From the NCBI GenBank assembly GCA_965222375.1, contig CBDCTZ010000009.1, positions 64,001-128,000 on the forward strand: DNA of 64,000 nucleotides, given 5' to 3'. This DNA is from Polyangiaceae bacterium. Lineage in GTDB: Bacteria; Myxococcota_A; Polyangia; Polyangiales; Polyangiaceae. Below are positions 25,442 through 35,351 of the stretch, piece by piece (position 1 is the first letter of the stretch; every line of letters begins with the position of its first letter). The position numbers and the translations under genes are program-made. The notes under the pieces were generated by a model. The model was not told where the DNA came from, searched no databases, and was given only the letters and a program-made list of their open reading frames with translations.

Positions 25442-27292
25442 ATGTTGCGAAAGCGCCTAGTCGCCGTCTGCTTCTTGGCCGCCGCAGTGAGCGGTGTTGT
25501 CGTTCCCCATGACGCGGTCGCCCAAGAGGTCATCGACCTCGACGAGGAAGCGGCAAAAGCAAAACCGAAGCCGAAGCCAAAGCCCAAGGGCGGTGGAGCC
25601 AAGTGGAAGCCCAAGCCCAAAGCAAAGCCAAAGGCGAAGCCCAAGGGTGGTGACGCCAAGGGTGGTGATGCCAAGACGGGTGGTGCCACCAAGAAGGGCG
25701 GCTCCGGTGTCGACATCGATTTGGATGAAGAAGCGCCCAAGGAGCAAGGGCCCGTTGTCGCTGGGCAGATGACCGAAGAGGCGGCAGCCGCGAAGAAGCT
25801 ATTCGATCGCGAGCGTTGGAGTGAGGCCGCGCAGGCTTTGTTCCGAGTCGTCAACGGCGAGACCGGTGATGACGCGGGCAACAAGCAGCTCGCGCAGTAT
25901 TACCTCGCGATCTCGCTGTACCGCTTGAAGTTCTATCAGGCGAGCTACGCCATCTTCAGCGTGGTCGCTGACAACAAGCACCACCTGAAGTTCAAAGAAA
26001 CCCTGCTTTGGCTGGCGAAATTGGCCACGCAGCTGCCGGAACCCGCGGACATCATCGAGCGGGTGGGCAAGTACAGCGACGAAGAGGTCGGGCGCTTCAA
26101 CAACCAGCAACAGCGCGATCTGTACTGGCAATTGAACTACATGCTTGGGCGCTACAAGTACCGCAACCGGCAGTATGCCGAAGCTGTTCGCCTGTTTCAG
26201 AAGGTGAACCGCAAGAGTGACTCCTACGTGAAGTCACAGTTCTTCACTGGCATTAGCTACGTGCAGCTGAGGAAGAGCGTTCCAGCCGTGCAGGCCTTCC
26301 AGCGCGTCGAGAAGGCCATCGACGAAGGCGTCAGCGGCGTCGACGACGAAGCGCGCATGGCGGACCTGGCCTACTTGTCGATGGCACGCACGTTCTACTC
26401 CGCCTCCATTCGCTTGGATGCGGAAACCAACGCGCCAAGTGTCGACGAGAAGAAGCTGAGCGCAGCGGTGAAGTACTGGAACCTCATCGACGTCGCGAGC
26501 GAGTACTGGCTCGACGCTTTGTTCGAACAGTCCTGGGCCTACTTCATGGCCGGCGACTACCCGCGCGCACTCGGGAACATTCACACCATTCAGTCGCCCT
26601 ACTTCCCGAACTCCTTCTACCCAGAAGCAGACGTGCTGAAGGCGGTCATCTACTTCGCCAACTGCAACTACCAAGGGGCCACCACGGTGGTGGCGCGTTT
26701 CAACAAGAAATACGTGCCGTTGAAGGACTCCCTGGAGAAAATCTTGAAGCGTTTCAAAGGCGCGAACCAAGAAGAGCCCTTCTTCAAGTTTCTACTCGAG
26801 GTGCGTGAAGGTAAAGCCAGCCTGGATCCGAAGATTCGGCCCATCGTCGAAAACGCCCTCAGCGATCGCCAGCTGCTGCGCAATATCGAGTATGTGAAGC
26901 TGCTCGACGACGAAACCAGCCGTTTCAAGCGGTCGCCAGCACCCTTCCGCAGCTCGGCCCTGGGCCAGCAGGTGGAAGACTCTCTGCGCCTGGCTCGCGA
27001 ACTTGCGGTGCGCCAGGCCGGGGAGCTGGCTCTGTCGCGTTATCAGCGCAACGTGGATGAGCTGAACGAGCACTTGCGCAACGGTGAGAAAATTCTCATC
27101 GACATCACTGCCGCTCAGCGAAACCTTCTCGATGAAAAACTCGCGAAGGGGCAGGTCAGCAAGGCGGAATCCAAGATTTATGGTGTCGTCAAGCCCGATG
27201 AGGAACACGTGTTGTGGCCCTTCGACGGTGAGTATTGGCGCGACGAACTCGGTTTCTACCGTCAGGTAGTCGAGTCGGCGTGTGGGAGGTAA
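25442..27292 (+). CDS. gltC: GltC-like periplasmic TPR gliding-motility protein
   Basis: Signal peptide and TPR repeats. ALGNIHTIQSPYF and C-terminal WPFDGEYWRDELGFY motifs. Confidence 0.8.
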   Translation: MLRKRLVAVCFLAAAVSGVVVPHDAVAQEVIDLDEEAAKAKPKPKPKPKGGGAKWKPKPKAKPKAKPKGGDAKGGDAKTGGATKKGGSGVDIDLDEEAPKEQGPVVAGQMTEEAAAAKKLFDRERWSEAAQALFRVVNGETGDDAGNKQLAQYYLAISLYRLKFYQASYAIFSVVADNKHHLKFKETLLWLAKLATQLPEPADIIERVGKYSDEEVGRFNNQQQRDLYWQLNYMLGRYKYRNRQYAEAVRLFQKVNRKSDSYVKSQFFTGISYVQLRKSVPAVQAFQRVEKAIDEGVSGVDDEARMADLAYLSMARTFYSASIRLDAETNAPSVDEKKLSAAVKYWNLIDVASEYWLDALFEQSWAYFMAGDYPRALGNIHTIQSPYFPNSFYPEADVLKAVIYFANCNYQGATTVVARFNKKYVPLKDSLEKILKRFKGANQEEPFFKFLLEVREGKASLDPKIRPIVENALSDRQLLRNIEYVKLLDDETSRFKRSPAPFRSSALGQQVEDSLRLARELAVRQAGELALSRYQRNVDELNEHLRNGEKILIDITAAQRNLLDEKLAKGQVSKAESKIYGVVKPDEEHVLWPFDGEYWRDELGFYRQVVESACGR

Positions 27293-27297
27293 TCAGG

Positions 27298-30200
27298 ATG
27301 AACGCACGCAGCGCGTACTCAATCCTCGCGGTTGTTCTTGGTCTTACTCTTTGTGTAACCAGCGCCCAGGCGGCGAAAAAGGCTCAAACCAGCCTTCCGA
27401 GTGCCTGCGTTGGAGCTCAAGCCAACAAGAACTTCAAGGAGTGCCCCGGCGGTCCTAGCAAGTTCGTCATCAAACAGAAGCGCGGAGCCGCATTCAAGAG
27501 TGCTCCTCCGCCGCGTAAGAAAAAGAGCGCTCGAGACTTCAAGCCGAAGAACCCGGGCGAGTCGATGGCAGCGGGCCAGCGTGACACGCGCAAGACCCGC
27601 CTCAAGGCGCGTCAGCGCGCCCTGCTGATCACGGAGATTCAGGGGTTGGAGCGCTTGTTCAAGCGCACTCCCAAGAAGTCCCCGGATCGTCCGCAGCTGA
27701 TTCGCCGTTTGGCGGAGGGCTATGTGGAGCTGGAATCCGCCGCGTTGCGTGATCAGACCCGCGCGGAGATCCGAGCTTCGGACAACAAGAAGAAAAAGCC
27801 AAAGTACGCCGCGAAAATGCGCCGGTCTGCAGCCCAAGCCAAGAAGATCGTCAAGGCTGCGCGCCGCAAGGCCATCGCCTACTACCGGCTGATGAAGAAC
27901 GCCTACCCGAACTACTCGAAGCTGGACGAGGTCCTGTACTACCTCGCCTACGAGTACGAGCAGGCGAAGGACCTGAAAAATGCTCGAAAGGTCTACTATG
28001 AGCTGATCCAGAAGGCGCCCAAGTCGCCGTACATCCCCAACGCCTACCTGGCCTTCGGCGAGCTCTTCTTCCAGGAAGCACAGGGTGACCCAAGCAAGTG
28101 GGACCTGGCCGCAGCCGCCTACAAAGAGGTGGTGAAGTATCCCCCGCCGAAGAACAAGGTGTTCGGTTACGCCCGCTACAAGCTGGCCTACGTGCACTGG
28201 AACAAGGGCGAGTACGCCCAGGCGATGAACGAGTACAAGAAGGTCATCGAGTTCGGTGAGCGCTACACGCAGATCTCCGGGGCCAAGCAGTTAGCCAAGA
28301 GCGCGCGTCGGGACATGATTCCCGTGTACGCAGCGAGCGGTGCGCCGGAGCGGGCCTACAACTTCTTCAAGCCCCTCTCCGGTGACAAGGGTGGCAGCAA
28401 CAAGAAGACCCTCGACATCCTGAACGAGTTGGGCTTCGCCTACCTCGATACTGGGCACTACAAGGAGGGCATCACCCTATACCGAGACCTGATGGGTCGG
28501 GACAAAGGTGGGCGGTACTGCCACTACCAGTCGCAGATCACGGTCGCGACCCAGGCTACTCAGGCGTCGAACAAGGACGCTATCAAGAAGGAGCTCGACA
28601 AGCAGATCAAAGTCCGCAACGACTTCAAGAAGGGGTCGCATTCGTCGAAGCAGAAGCTGAAGTGCAACAACAAGACGGCCGAGCTGCTCTCCGAGACAGC
28701 CATGGCCTGGCACTTGGAGGCGGTCGGCTCCGGCGGCGTCCGCGGCACCGGCGACAAGAAGACCATGGATCTCGCCGCCTACCTCTACAAGAAGGTGGGT
28801 GAGAACTTCACCGCCCAGGACTTCGCCAAGTTCAAGTTTCCGCGCATCGTGAAGGCCGACTGGCCCACGATCTACAAGATCAAATACGCCATGGCGGACC
28901 TCTTGTACTTCCAAGAGCGCTGGGAAGAGTGCGGTCCCGCATTCGACAGCGTGGTCGCGGAAGACCCGAAGGGCGACAGCGCTGCGGAGGCGGCCTTCGC
29001 GTCGGTGCTCTGCTACCAGAAAATGTACGACGCCATGTACAAGGGCAAGTCCGACCGCAAGGGCAGAGACTTGGGCCCGAAGGGCGCTGGCAAAAAGAAG
29101 GACAAGAAGGCAAAGAAGAGCGAGTGGGAGAAGTTCAAGCCCAAGCCCTTCACGGATACCCAAAAGGGCATGGTCACGGCCTTCAACCGCTACGTCTGCT
29201 ACATCCAGCCGCCCAAGGGCGACAAGCAGGCCGAGGAACAGTACGTCGAGGTCAAGTTCGCTCGAGCACGTACCTACTACGAGGCCCAGCATTGGGAGGA
29301 GGCTGCCCTCGGTTTCCGAGATGTTGCTCTCAACCACAGCGACCACGATGCTGGCGTGTACGCCGCCAACCTCTATCTAGAGGCTCTCAACGTGCTTGGC
29401 TCGAAGGCGGAGCCGCCCCGGCCCTCGTGCTTCGACGGCATGGCCAAGGACGTTCCGCAGTTCCTGAAGCTGTATTGCGAAGGCAAGAAGGCGGAGGACA
29501 ACAAGGAAAGCTGCGAGCTGCTGTCGCGGATTCAGTTCGACATCTTGCGCTTGCGCGCCCAGAAGTTGGTCGAGCTCGCCGATACCCAGGCCGAGAAGAA
29601 CAACTTCAAGGACGCGCTGGACAACTACCGCAAGGGTGGCGACGAATACCTCGACTTGTGGCGCACCTACTGCGAAGGCCCGCTGGGCAACGGCGAGAAG
29701 CCTAAGCAGTGCGAGAACGCCGCTGAGATCGTCTACAACATGGCGCGCGCCTATCAGGCAGGGCGGCTACTCGCGAAGTCGATCCAAGCACGTTTGATTC
29801 TGCTCAATCCCAAGTACGGATTGGAGAAGACGGACTTGGCCCAGAAGGCCACGTATGAAATTGGCGGTAACTATCAGGCCATTGCCGTATACGACCGCGC
29901 AGCGCAGTTCTTCGAGCGCTACGTGGAGCAGACGTGCAAGAAACTACGCAAGTGTGGTGAGTTTGCCGACCAGGCCCTCTCCGACGCTGTGGTGCTTCGC
30001 TTAGGTCTTGGTCAAGACGAACAGGCCATCGCTGATGCGAACGACTTCAACCGCTACTTCGGGCGGAGAAAGCCGGCCCAGGTGGCCCAGATCTCCTTCG
30101 CCGTCGCCGCTCACTACGGTGAAAAGAAGGACTGGGACAACGTACGCAAACGCCTCGGCGCGACGATGCGCCAAATCGATGCGAAGGCGTCCCTGGATGT

Positions 30201-31029
30201 GCGGGTGCAGGCCCATACCCTGCTCGGACGTGCCTACGCGAATATGAATAGTCGTCAGGCCGGGACCCAATACGGCAAGGTCGTTGCCCTTTGGAAGAAC
30301 CCGAGTGCAGCAGTGGCAGAGATTAACAAGGACGAGGGTGATGCCGGCGCGAAACAGCGTCGAGTTGGTCGCGCTCTCGAGGCGGTCGGTGAAGCCATCT
30401 TCTACTTCGCCGAGCAGAAGAAGAAGAAGGTCGATGCAGTCCGCTTCCCTGCCTACAAGGGGCCCGGGAGCAAAGACGCGGTGCTCAAGCACATCCAGGG
30501 CAAGGTCAAGGATTGGATTGGCAAGAAGCGCCCGCTGATTGGCGACGCCTCGAAGGAGTACAAGAAGATCGTCGACCTGCAGCCGGTGCCGCCACCGCGC
30601 TGGGTCATCGCAGCCGGCTCTCGCGTCGGCGAGATGTGGGGCACCTTCGTGGACGAGTTCCGCGCCGCACCCATCCCGGATTCGATCAAGAAGGACTACG
30701 AGCTCCGCACCGCCTACTACGGTGCTTTGGACGATGCGTCCGAGCCCCAGAAGCAGCAAGCCAAGAGCGCCTTCCAAATCTGTCTCGGCTACTCGGTGAA
30801 GTATCAGTACTGGGATCAGTACAGTCGTGCTTGCGAGGAGTGGCTCGCCAAGAACTACAAGGCCGACTACCACCTCATCGACGAGTTCCGCGGGGCCCCG
30901 AACCGCGTCAACGATCCTCTGCGCGAGCAGGGGTACCCCTTGCGTCTGGGTGGCGAACCACTGCCAACCATCGCGCCTCCAAGGGAGCCGGACAAGGCAC
31001 CCAAGGCCGCCGGCGACAAGAAGAAGTGA
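27298..31029 (+). CDS. gltD: GltD/AgmU-like large periplasmic TPR protein (about 1243 aa)
   Basis: Signal peptide. TPRs such as YPNYSKLDEVLYYLA and SPYIPNAYLAFGELFF. C-terminal W...AAGSRVGEMW...AP-x-P segment. Lies before a TPR lipoprotein and gltF/G. Confidence 0.75.
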   Translation: MNARSAYSILAVVLGLTLCVTSAQAAKKAQTSLPSACVGAQANKNFKECPGGPSKFVIKQKRGAAFKSAPPPRKKKSARDFKPKNPGESMAAGQRDTRKTRLKARQRALLITEIQGLERLFKRTPKKSPDRPQLIRRLAEGYVELESAALRDQTRAEIRASDNKKKKPKYAAKMRRSAAQAKKIVKAARRKAIAYYRLMKNAYPNYSKLDEVLYYLAYEYEQAKDLKNARKVYYELIQKAPKSPYIPNAYLAFGELFFQEAQGDPSKWDLAAAAYKEVVKYPPPKNKVFGYARYKLAYVHWNKGEYAQAMNEYKKVIEFGERYTQISGAKQLAKSARRDMIPVYAASGAPERAYNFFKPLSGDKGGSNKKTLDILNELGFAYLDTGHYKEGITLYRDLMGRDKGGRYCHYQSQITVATQATQASNKDAIKKELDKQIKVRNDFKKGSHSSKQKLKCNNKTAELLSETAMAWHLEAVGSGGVRGTGDKKTMDLAAYLYKKVGENFTAQDFAKFKFPRIVKADWPTIYKIKYAMADLLYFQERWEECGPAFDSVVAEDPKGDSAAEAAFASVLCYQKMYDAMYKGKSDRKGRDLGPKGAGKKKDKKAKKSEWEKFKPKPFTDTQKGMVTAFNRYVCYIQPPKGDKQAEEQYVEVKFARARTYYEAQHWEEAALGFRDVALNHSDHDAGVYAANLYLEALNVLGSKAEPPRPSCFDGMAKDVPQFLKLYCEGKKAEDNKESCELLSRIQFDILRLRAQKLVELADTQAEKNNFKDALDNYRKGGDEYLDLWRTYCEGPLGNGEKPKQCENAAEIVYNMARAYQAGRLLAKSIQARLILLNPKYGLEKTDLAQKATYEIGGNYQAIAVYDRAAQFFERYVEQTCKKLRKCGEFADQALSDAVVLRLGLGQDEQAIADANDFNRYFGRRKPAQVAQISFAVAAHYGEKKDWDNVRKRLGATMRQIDAKASLDVRVQAHTLLGRAYANMNSRQAGTQYGKVVALWKNPSAAVAEINKDEGDAGAKQRRVGRALEAVGEAIFYFAEQKKKKVDAVRFPAYKGPGSKDAVLKHIQGKVKDWIGKKRPLIGDASKEYKKIVDLQPVPPPRWVIAAGSRVGEMWGTFVDEFRAAPIPDSIKKDYELRTAYYGALDDASEPQKQQAKSAFQICLGYSVKYQYWDQYSRACEEWLAKNYKADYHLIDEFRGAPNRVNDPLREQGYPLRLGGEPLPTIAPPREPDKAPKAAGDKKK

Positions 31030-31097
31030 GCCAGGGCCGCGGCGCTGGTTGCGGCCCGCCCTCACGCAACAAGGACTTATTCGAGGAGGATGACCAG

Positions 31098-32507
31098 ATG
31101 TTGAACATGAAGAGCGCAATCGTGACCATCGTCGCGCTAGGCCTGATCGGCTGCGGTGGCGGCAAGGAAGGTCCGAAGTCGCCTGTCAACGCGAGCGGCA
31201 AAAAGGACGCCACCGGGATGGCGGTCAGCAAGGCCGCGGCCGAGGGCTTCGAGCGCGCCCTGACGGATTTCGCGGCGCACGACAGAAAACAGGATTGGAA
31301 CGACTCGAGCTGCGGCTCGGTTGCAGAGCAATTCCTGGCGGCCTCGAAAGAGCAGCAGTCTGCGACGAATCGCAAGCTGCCCGAGGCGCACTACAACGCC
31401 GGGCTCGCGTACCAGCGCTGCGGCAAGGACGCTCAGGCCCGCAAGCAGTACGAGACCGCGGTGGGCATCGACCCCAAGTTCCACCGGGCGCGCGCACAGA
31501 TTGCTCTGTACGATTTCGCGAAGTCTAAGGACATCGACGGGACCATCGCCAAGCTGGAGCAGATCATTCGCGACGCGAAGTTCCAGAACTCGGAGGCTCT
31601 CGTGGGTGTGGCGGCGCTGCAGATGGAGCGCAACAACGACCAGGCCAGCGACGACGGAAAGAACGACCTGGCTCGAGCTCAGCGCAACCTGCAGCGTGCG
31701 CTAGCCATCGACGACTCCTTCATGCCCGCCTTCAACCAGCTCGCCATCTACTATCTGGAGCAAGCCAAGGCGAACGCCGCCAAGGCGAAGGGCAAGCGCA
31801 AGCGCCGCAAGCGTCGAGGCCTCGTGGCAGCGAGCGCCAAGCGCGTGGACGTCAACCAGCAGCAGCTCGATCTCGCCGCGCTGGTTGCCTCCCAGGCGAT
31901 TCGGAAGAACCCGAACTACGCTCCCATTCACAACACCGCCGGGCTGATCCAAGTGCAGCTCAAGAACTTCAACGGCGCGGTGAAGAGCTTCGCCAAGGCG
32001 CGCCGCCTCGATCCGAAGTTCTTCGAGGCGCATATGAACTACGCGGCGGTGAACCTCTCCTTCCGAGGCTTCAAGGAGGCCGAGAAGGCGTATCGAGCGG
32101 CGCTCAAGCTGCGGCCCAAAGAGTTCGAAGGTCGCCTGGGCTTGGCCCTGGCCATTCGTGGCCAGATCCGCCCCGGGGATCCCGGCAAGCTGACCGGCAA
32201 GGCGCAGGCCGAGCTGGATGCGGCCCGCAAGCTGCAGCCCAACCGGCCCGAGACCTATTACAACGAGGCCATCCTCACCCAGGAGTTCCGGGCCAAGGGC
32301 GACCAGAAGTCGGCCATCCCGATGCTCAAGAAGGCGTCCGCGATGTACCAGAAGTTCATTTCGAAGGCGGGTTCGGACGACGCCTTCGCGGAGGCCGTCA
32401 AACGCGCCAAGGAGCGCTCGCAGGATATCGATGACACAGTGAAGTTCATCGAAGAAGGTGAGGCAGCCAAGAAGGCTGGACCACCCCCACCACCTCCCAA
32501 GAAGTGA
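31098..32507 (+). CDS. gltE: GltE/AglT-like TPR lipoprotein
   Basis: GAGGAGG RBS, lipobox LIGC, multiple TPRs (EAHYNAGLAY, EAHMNYAAV); synteny between gltD and gltF. Confidence 0.75.
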   Translation: MLNMKSAIVTIVALGLIGCGGGKEGPKSPVNASGKKDATGMAVSKAAAEGFERALTDFAAHDRKQDWNDSSCGSVAEQFLAASKEQQSATNRKLPEAHYNAGLAYQRCGKDAQARKQYETAVGIDPKFHRARAQIALYDFAKSKDIDGTIAKLEQIIRDAKFQNSEALVGVAALQMERNNDQASDDGKNDLARAQRNLQRALAIDDSFMPAFNQLAIYYLEQAKANAAKAKGKRKRRKRRGLVAASAKRVDVNQQQLDLAALVASQAIRKNPNYAPIHNTAGLIQVQLKNFNGAVKSFAKARRLDPKFFEAHMNYAAVNLSFRGFKEAEKAYRAALKLRPKEFEGRLGLALAIRGQIRPGDPGKLTGKAQAELDAARKLQPNRPETYYNEAILTQEFRAKGDQKSAIPMLKKASAMYQKFISKAGSDDAFAEAVKRAKERSQDIDDTVKFIEEGEAAKKAGPPPPPPKK

Positions 32508-32665
32508 GTCGGGGACTTAGCTTGAAAAACGTCGGAGAAACGAACACTTGAGGAAAAGTTCTCAGAAAGTCCGCCCCCTGGCGGAACCTGCAAATGGAGT
32601 GGCTGTCATAAGCTCCGTGACCGCATTGGGGCGGACACACACTCCTAATCCAGGGGTCGTTTCGG

Positions 32666-32695
32666 TTGACGCGATAGCTTGAGCAAACGTACAAT
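32666..32695 (+). promoter_or_regulatory. Putative internal sigma70 promoter for gltF-gltG
   Basis: TTGACG (32666-32671), N18, TACAAT (32690-32695), 40 bp before the gltF start. Confidence 0.6.
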
Positions 32696-32734
32696 ACCAC
32701 TGTAATAGTGCTCAAATTTTCCAAGGAGATTGAA

Positions 32735-33022
32735 ATGGCTCGCTCGTTCACTATCGGCTTCGCAGCACTCGCGTTGGGTGCGGCGGCTTTCGTTGTGACA
32801 CCCAGCGCCCTGGCCCAAGGAGCGAAGAAGGCACCTGCGAAGGCAGAGACCAAGGGCGATGAAGGGTACGGTTATACGTTCGAGGACGATCCGCTCAATG
32901 CGGGCGGTTTCGGGCCCAATGACGCGACGATTCGCGTTCGACCAAAAGCTGCACGAACTACCCTCATTCGCCCGCGCACTTCATTCGTGCCGGAAATGTT
33001 GAAGTCCGTCGAGAATATCTGA
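32735..33022 (+). CDS. gltF: GltF-like small exported gliding protein (95 aa)
   Basis: AAGGAG RBS, signal peptide, YTFEDDPL and C-terminal LIRPRTSFVPEMLKSVENI motif; directly upstream of gltG. Confidence 0.75.
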   Translation: MARSFTIGFAALALGAAAFVVTPSALAQGAKKAPAKAETKGDEGYGYTFEDDPLNAGGFGPNDATIRVRPKAARTTLIRPRTSFVPEMLKSVENI

Positions 33023-33074
33023 GATTGTCCTCAGGGGCGTTTCGACGAACTGTCGAGATCGGGAAAATAAGCAA

Positions 33075-35297
33075 ATGGCAAAAGCTGTCCTCACGTTCGC
33101 GCTCTACCAGGGAGACGCACTGCAACGCCGCGAAACGGTGACGCAAGACGTCGTCAAGGTAGGCAAGGATCCCAAGAGCCACTTGCAGGTCGACGACGAG
33201 CAAGCATCTCGTATGCACGCCGTCATCGAGGTTGCAGCACCGGATGACATCACACTCATCGACCTGGGCAACGAGCCCGGAACGATGGTGAACGGTGCGC
33301 GGGTCAACAAATGCAAGTTGCACGTCGGCGACCAGATTCAGGTCGGCGGCGCACGCATCGTGCTCGAGAGCGCAGAGGCAGCTCAAGCGGAAGCGGCGGC
33401 GGCAGTGCCCGCGCCCGTCGCAGCGCCCCCCGGCGTAGCTCCGCAGGCGGCTCCCCCCGGAGTGGCTCCGCCCGGCGTAGCTCCGCAAGCGGCTCCGCCC
33501 GGCGTAGCTCCACAAGCAGCTCCGCCCGGCGTGCCTCCGCAAGCGCCGCCCCAGGCACCACAAGCTCATCCGTCGGCGCCCCCGCCGGCCCAGGCGCAAG
33601 CGGCTCCGCCCCAAGCAGCGCAGGCCGGAGCGCCGGGAGCCAACCCCTTCGGCGGATCGAATCCCTTCGCGGCAGCGGCAGCCTCGAGTCCCTTCGGTGG
33701 GGCGGCCAATCCCTTCGAAATGGCGTCGGTCAATCCTTTTGCCCAGGGCGCGGCGGAACAGGCCCAGCTCGAGGCGCTTCGGGTTCCCGACGATGCTCCG
33801 CCGGGCACTTACACCTACACGCTGATCAAGAGCGGACCCGACGTCAGCCCCGACGAGGTCGAGCTACCCCACGTTGCGAGCGTGGAAGTCATGGTGCTGT
33901 GGGGCACGAATGTGCTGCACGTTTCGCACCTCACGCCGCCTCGCAACTTCTACGTGGGTGAGGAGCAGGGCAAGAACTTCGCGTGTGACTTCTTCGTACC
34001 CGCGGAGAAGCTGGGCACCTCGCGTATGCCCGTCGTGGTCGGGGACCGCGCGTCTCTCGCGGTGGTGATTCCACCGGGTGCTACGGGTATGATCGAGGTG
34101 CAGGGCCAGCCCAAAATGACGCTGGACGAGGCGCGAGCTAAGAGTCAGCCGAGCGCCGAGGTCAGCGGAGGGCATCAGTTCCCATTGCCGGCTGGTGGTC
34201 GCGCTCGCGTCGAAATCGGCGGCTTCGTTTTCCAGATTGCGGCGGTCAACGCAGGCAAGCCGGCCAAGCACGGCATGGCTGCGGGCGTGGACTGGGCCGT
34301 GTTCATGTACTTCGCACTGTCCTTCTTGGTGCACGGTGGCTTGATTGCCGCGATGGCGTTCTTCGTGCCGCCGCTCGGTCTGACCGACGATGAAGATCTC
34401 GATCAAGATCGCATGTACCTGATTCAGCAGTACCTGAAGAGTGCTGCGGAGCGGGAGCAGGAGGAGAAAGAGACCGAGGAGGTCGCGGAGGAAAACGCCG
34501 ACAACAAGGAAGGCGGTACTGGCACTAGAGCCAAGGGCGAAGAAGGATCGATGGGTAATCCCACGTCCAAGGCCACGAACAAGCGCTACGCGGTTCAGGG
34601 GCCGAAGGACAATCCGGATCCCCACATCGCTCGCCAGGCAGCCCTTCGTGAGGCCCAAGAGTTCGGCATGATCGGCCTCTTGAACACCGGCGCGGCGGGC
34701 GATCCCAACGCTCCGACGGCTCCCTGGGGTCGTGACACCTCCCTCGGTATGGATGACATGAGCGCCCGCGGTAATATGTGGGGCGACGAAATCGGCGACG
34801 CCTTCGGCGCCGGCGGCTTGGGTCTCTCGGGCATCGGCGAGGGCGGCGGTGGTCGCGGTGAGGGTATCGGCCTCGGTTCCATCGGAACCTTGGGTCATGG
34901 TGCCGGCACCGGTACCGGCCAGGGCTTCGGTTCTGGACACGGTCGTCTCGGCGGCGCTCACAAGACCCGGGCACCGAAGGTGCGCATGGGTGCAACCAGC
35001 GTCAGCGGTCGCCTGCCCCCGGAGGTCATTCAGCGCATCGTGCGACAGAACTACGGTCGTTTCCGTATGTGTTACGAACAAGGTCTGTCGCGGAACCCGA
35101 ACCTGGAAGGGCGCGTGGCGGTTCGCTTCGTCATCGGTCGCGATGGGTCGGTTTCCAACGTGTCCAACGGTGGGTCGGACTTGCCGGATAGCGGAGTCGT
35201 CGGTTGCGTCATCTCGGCGTACTACGGGCTCTCGTTCCCGCAGCCCGAGGGCGGCATCGTGACGGTCGTCTACCCGATCTCCTTCTCGCCGGGCTGA
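33075..35297 (+). CDS. gltG: GltG/PglI-like protein: FHA domain, Pro-rich linker, TM helix, Gly-rich region and TonB-C-like (AgmX/PglI) C-terminal domain
   Basis: FHA motifs KVGK...SRMHAVIE...DLGNEPGTMVNG. TM ALSFLVHGGLIAAM. C-terminal GRLPPEVIQRIVRQN...CYE...GRVAVRFVIG...FPQPEGG...YP. Confidence 0.85.
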   Translation: MAKAVLTFALYQGDALQRRETVTQDVVKVGKDPKSHLQVDDEQASRMHAVIEVAAPDDITLIDLGNEPGTMVNGARVNKCKLHVGDQIQVGGARIVLESAEAAQAEAAAAVPAPVAAPPGVAPQAAPPGVAPPGVAPQAAPPGVAPQAAPPGVPPQAPPQAPQAHPSAPPPAQAQAAPPQAAQAGAPGANPFGGSNPFAAAAASSPFGGAANPFEMASVNPFAQGAAEQAQLEALRVPDDAPPGTYTYTLIKSGPDVSPDEVELPHVASVEVMVLWGTNVLHVSHLTPPRNFYVGEEQGKNFACDFFVPAEKLGTSRMPVVVGDRASLAVVIPPGATGMIEVQGQPKMTLDEARAKSQPSAEVSGGHQFPLPAGGRARVEIGGFVFQIAAVNAGKPAKHGMAAGVDWAVFMYFALSFLVHGGLIAAMAFFVPPLGLTDDEDLDQDRMYLIQQYLKSAAEREQEEKETEEVAEENADNKEGGTGTRAKGEEGSMGNPTSKATNKRYAVQGPKDNPDPHIARQAALREAQEFGMIGLLNTGAAGDPNAPTAPWGRDTSLGMDDMSARGNMWGDEIGDAFGAGGLGLSGIGEGGGGRGEGIGLGSIGTLGHGAGTGTGQGFGSGHGRLGGAHKTRAPKVRMGATSVSGRLPPEVIQRIVRQNYGRFRMCYEQGLSRNPNLEGRVAVRFVIGRDGSVSNVSNGGSDLPDSGVVGCVISAYYGLSFPQPEGGIVTVVYPISFSPG

Positions 35298-35320
35298 CCG
35301 CAGCCAATCGAAAAGACGCG

Positions 35321-35351
35321 AGGGCCTCCACTGGGGGCCCTTGCTGCATTT
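35321..35351 (+). terminator. Possible terminator hairpin after gltG
   Basis: AGGGCCTCC-ACT-GGGGGCCCT followed by a weak T-containing tail. Confidence 0.4.

Noticed and set aside
30513..31097. N-terminal extension of the 664-aa ORF
   Set aside because: Overlaps gltD in another frame. The RBS and lipoprotein signal support a start at 31098.
32549..32600. GAGGAAAAGT...GAAAGTCCG resembling the RNase P RNA signature
   Set aside because: The intergenic space is only about 230 bp and the other conserved RNase P elements are absent.
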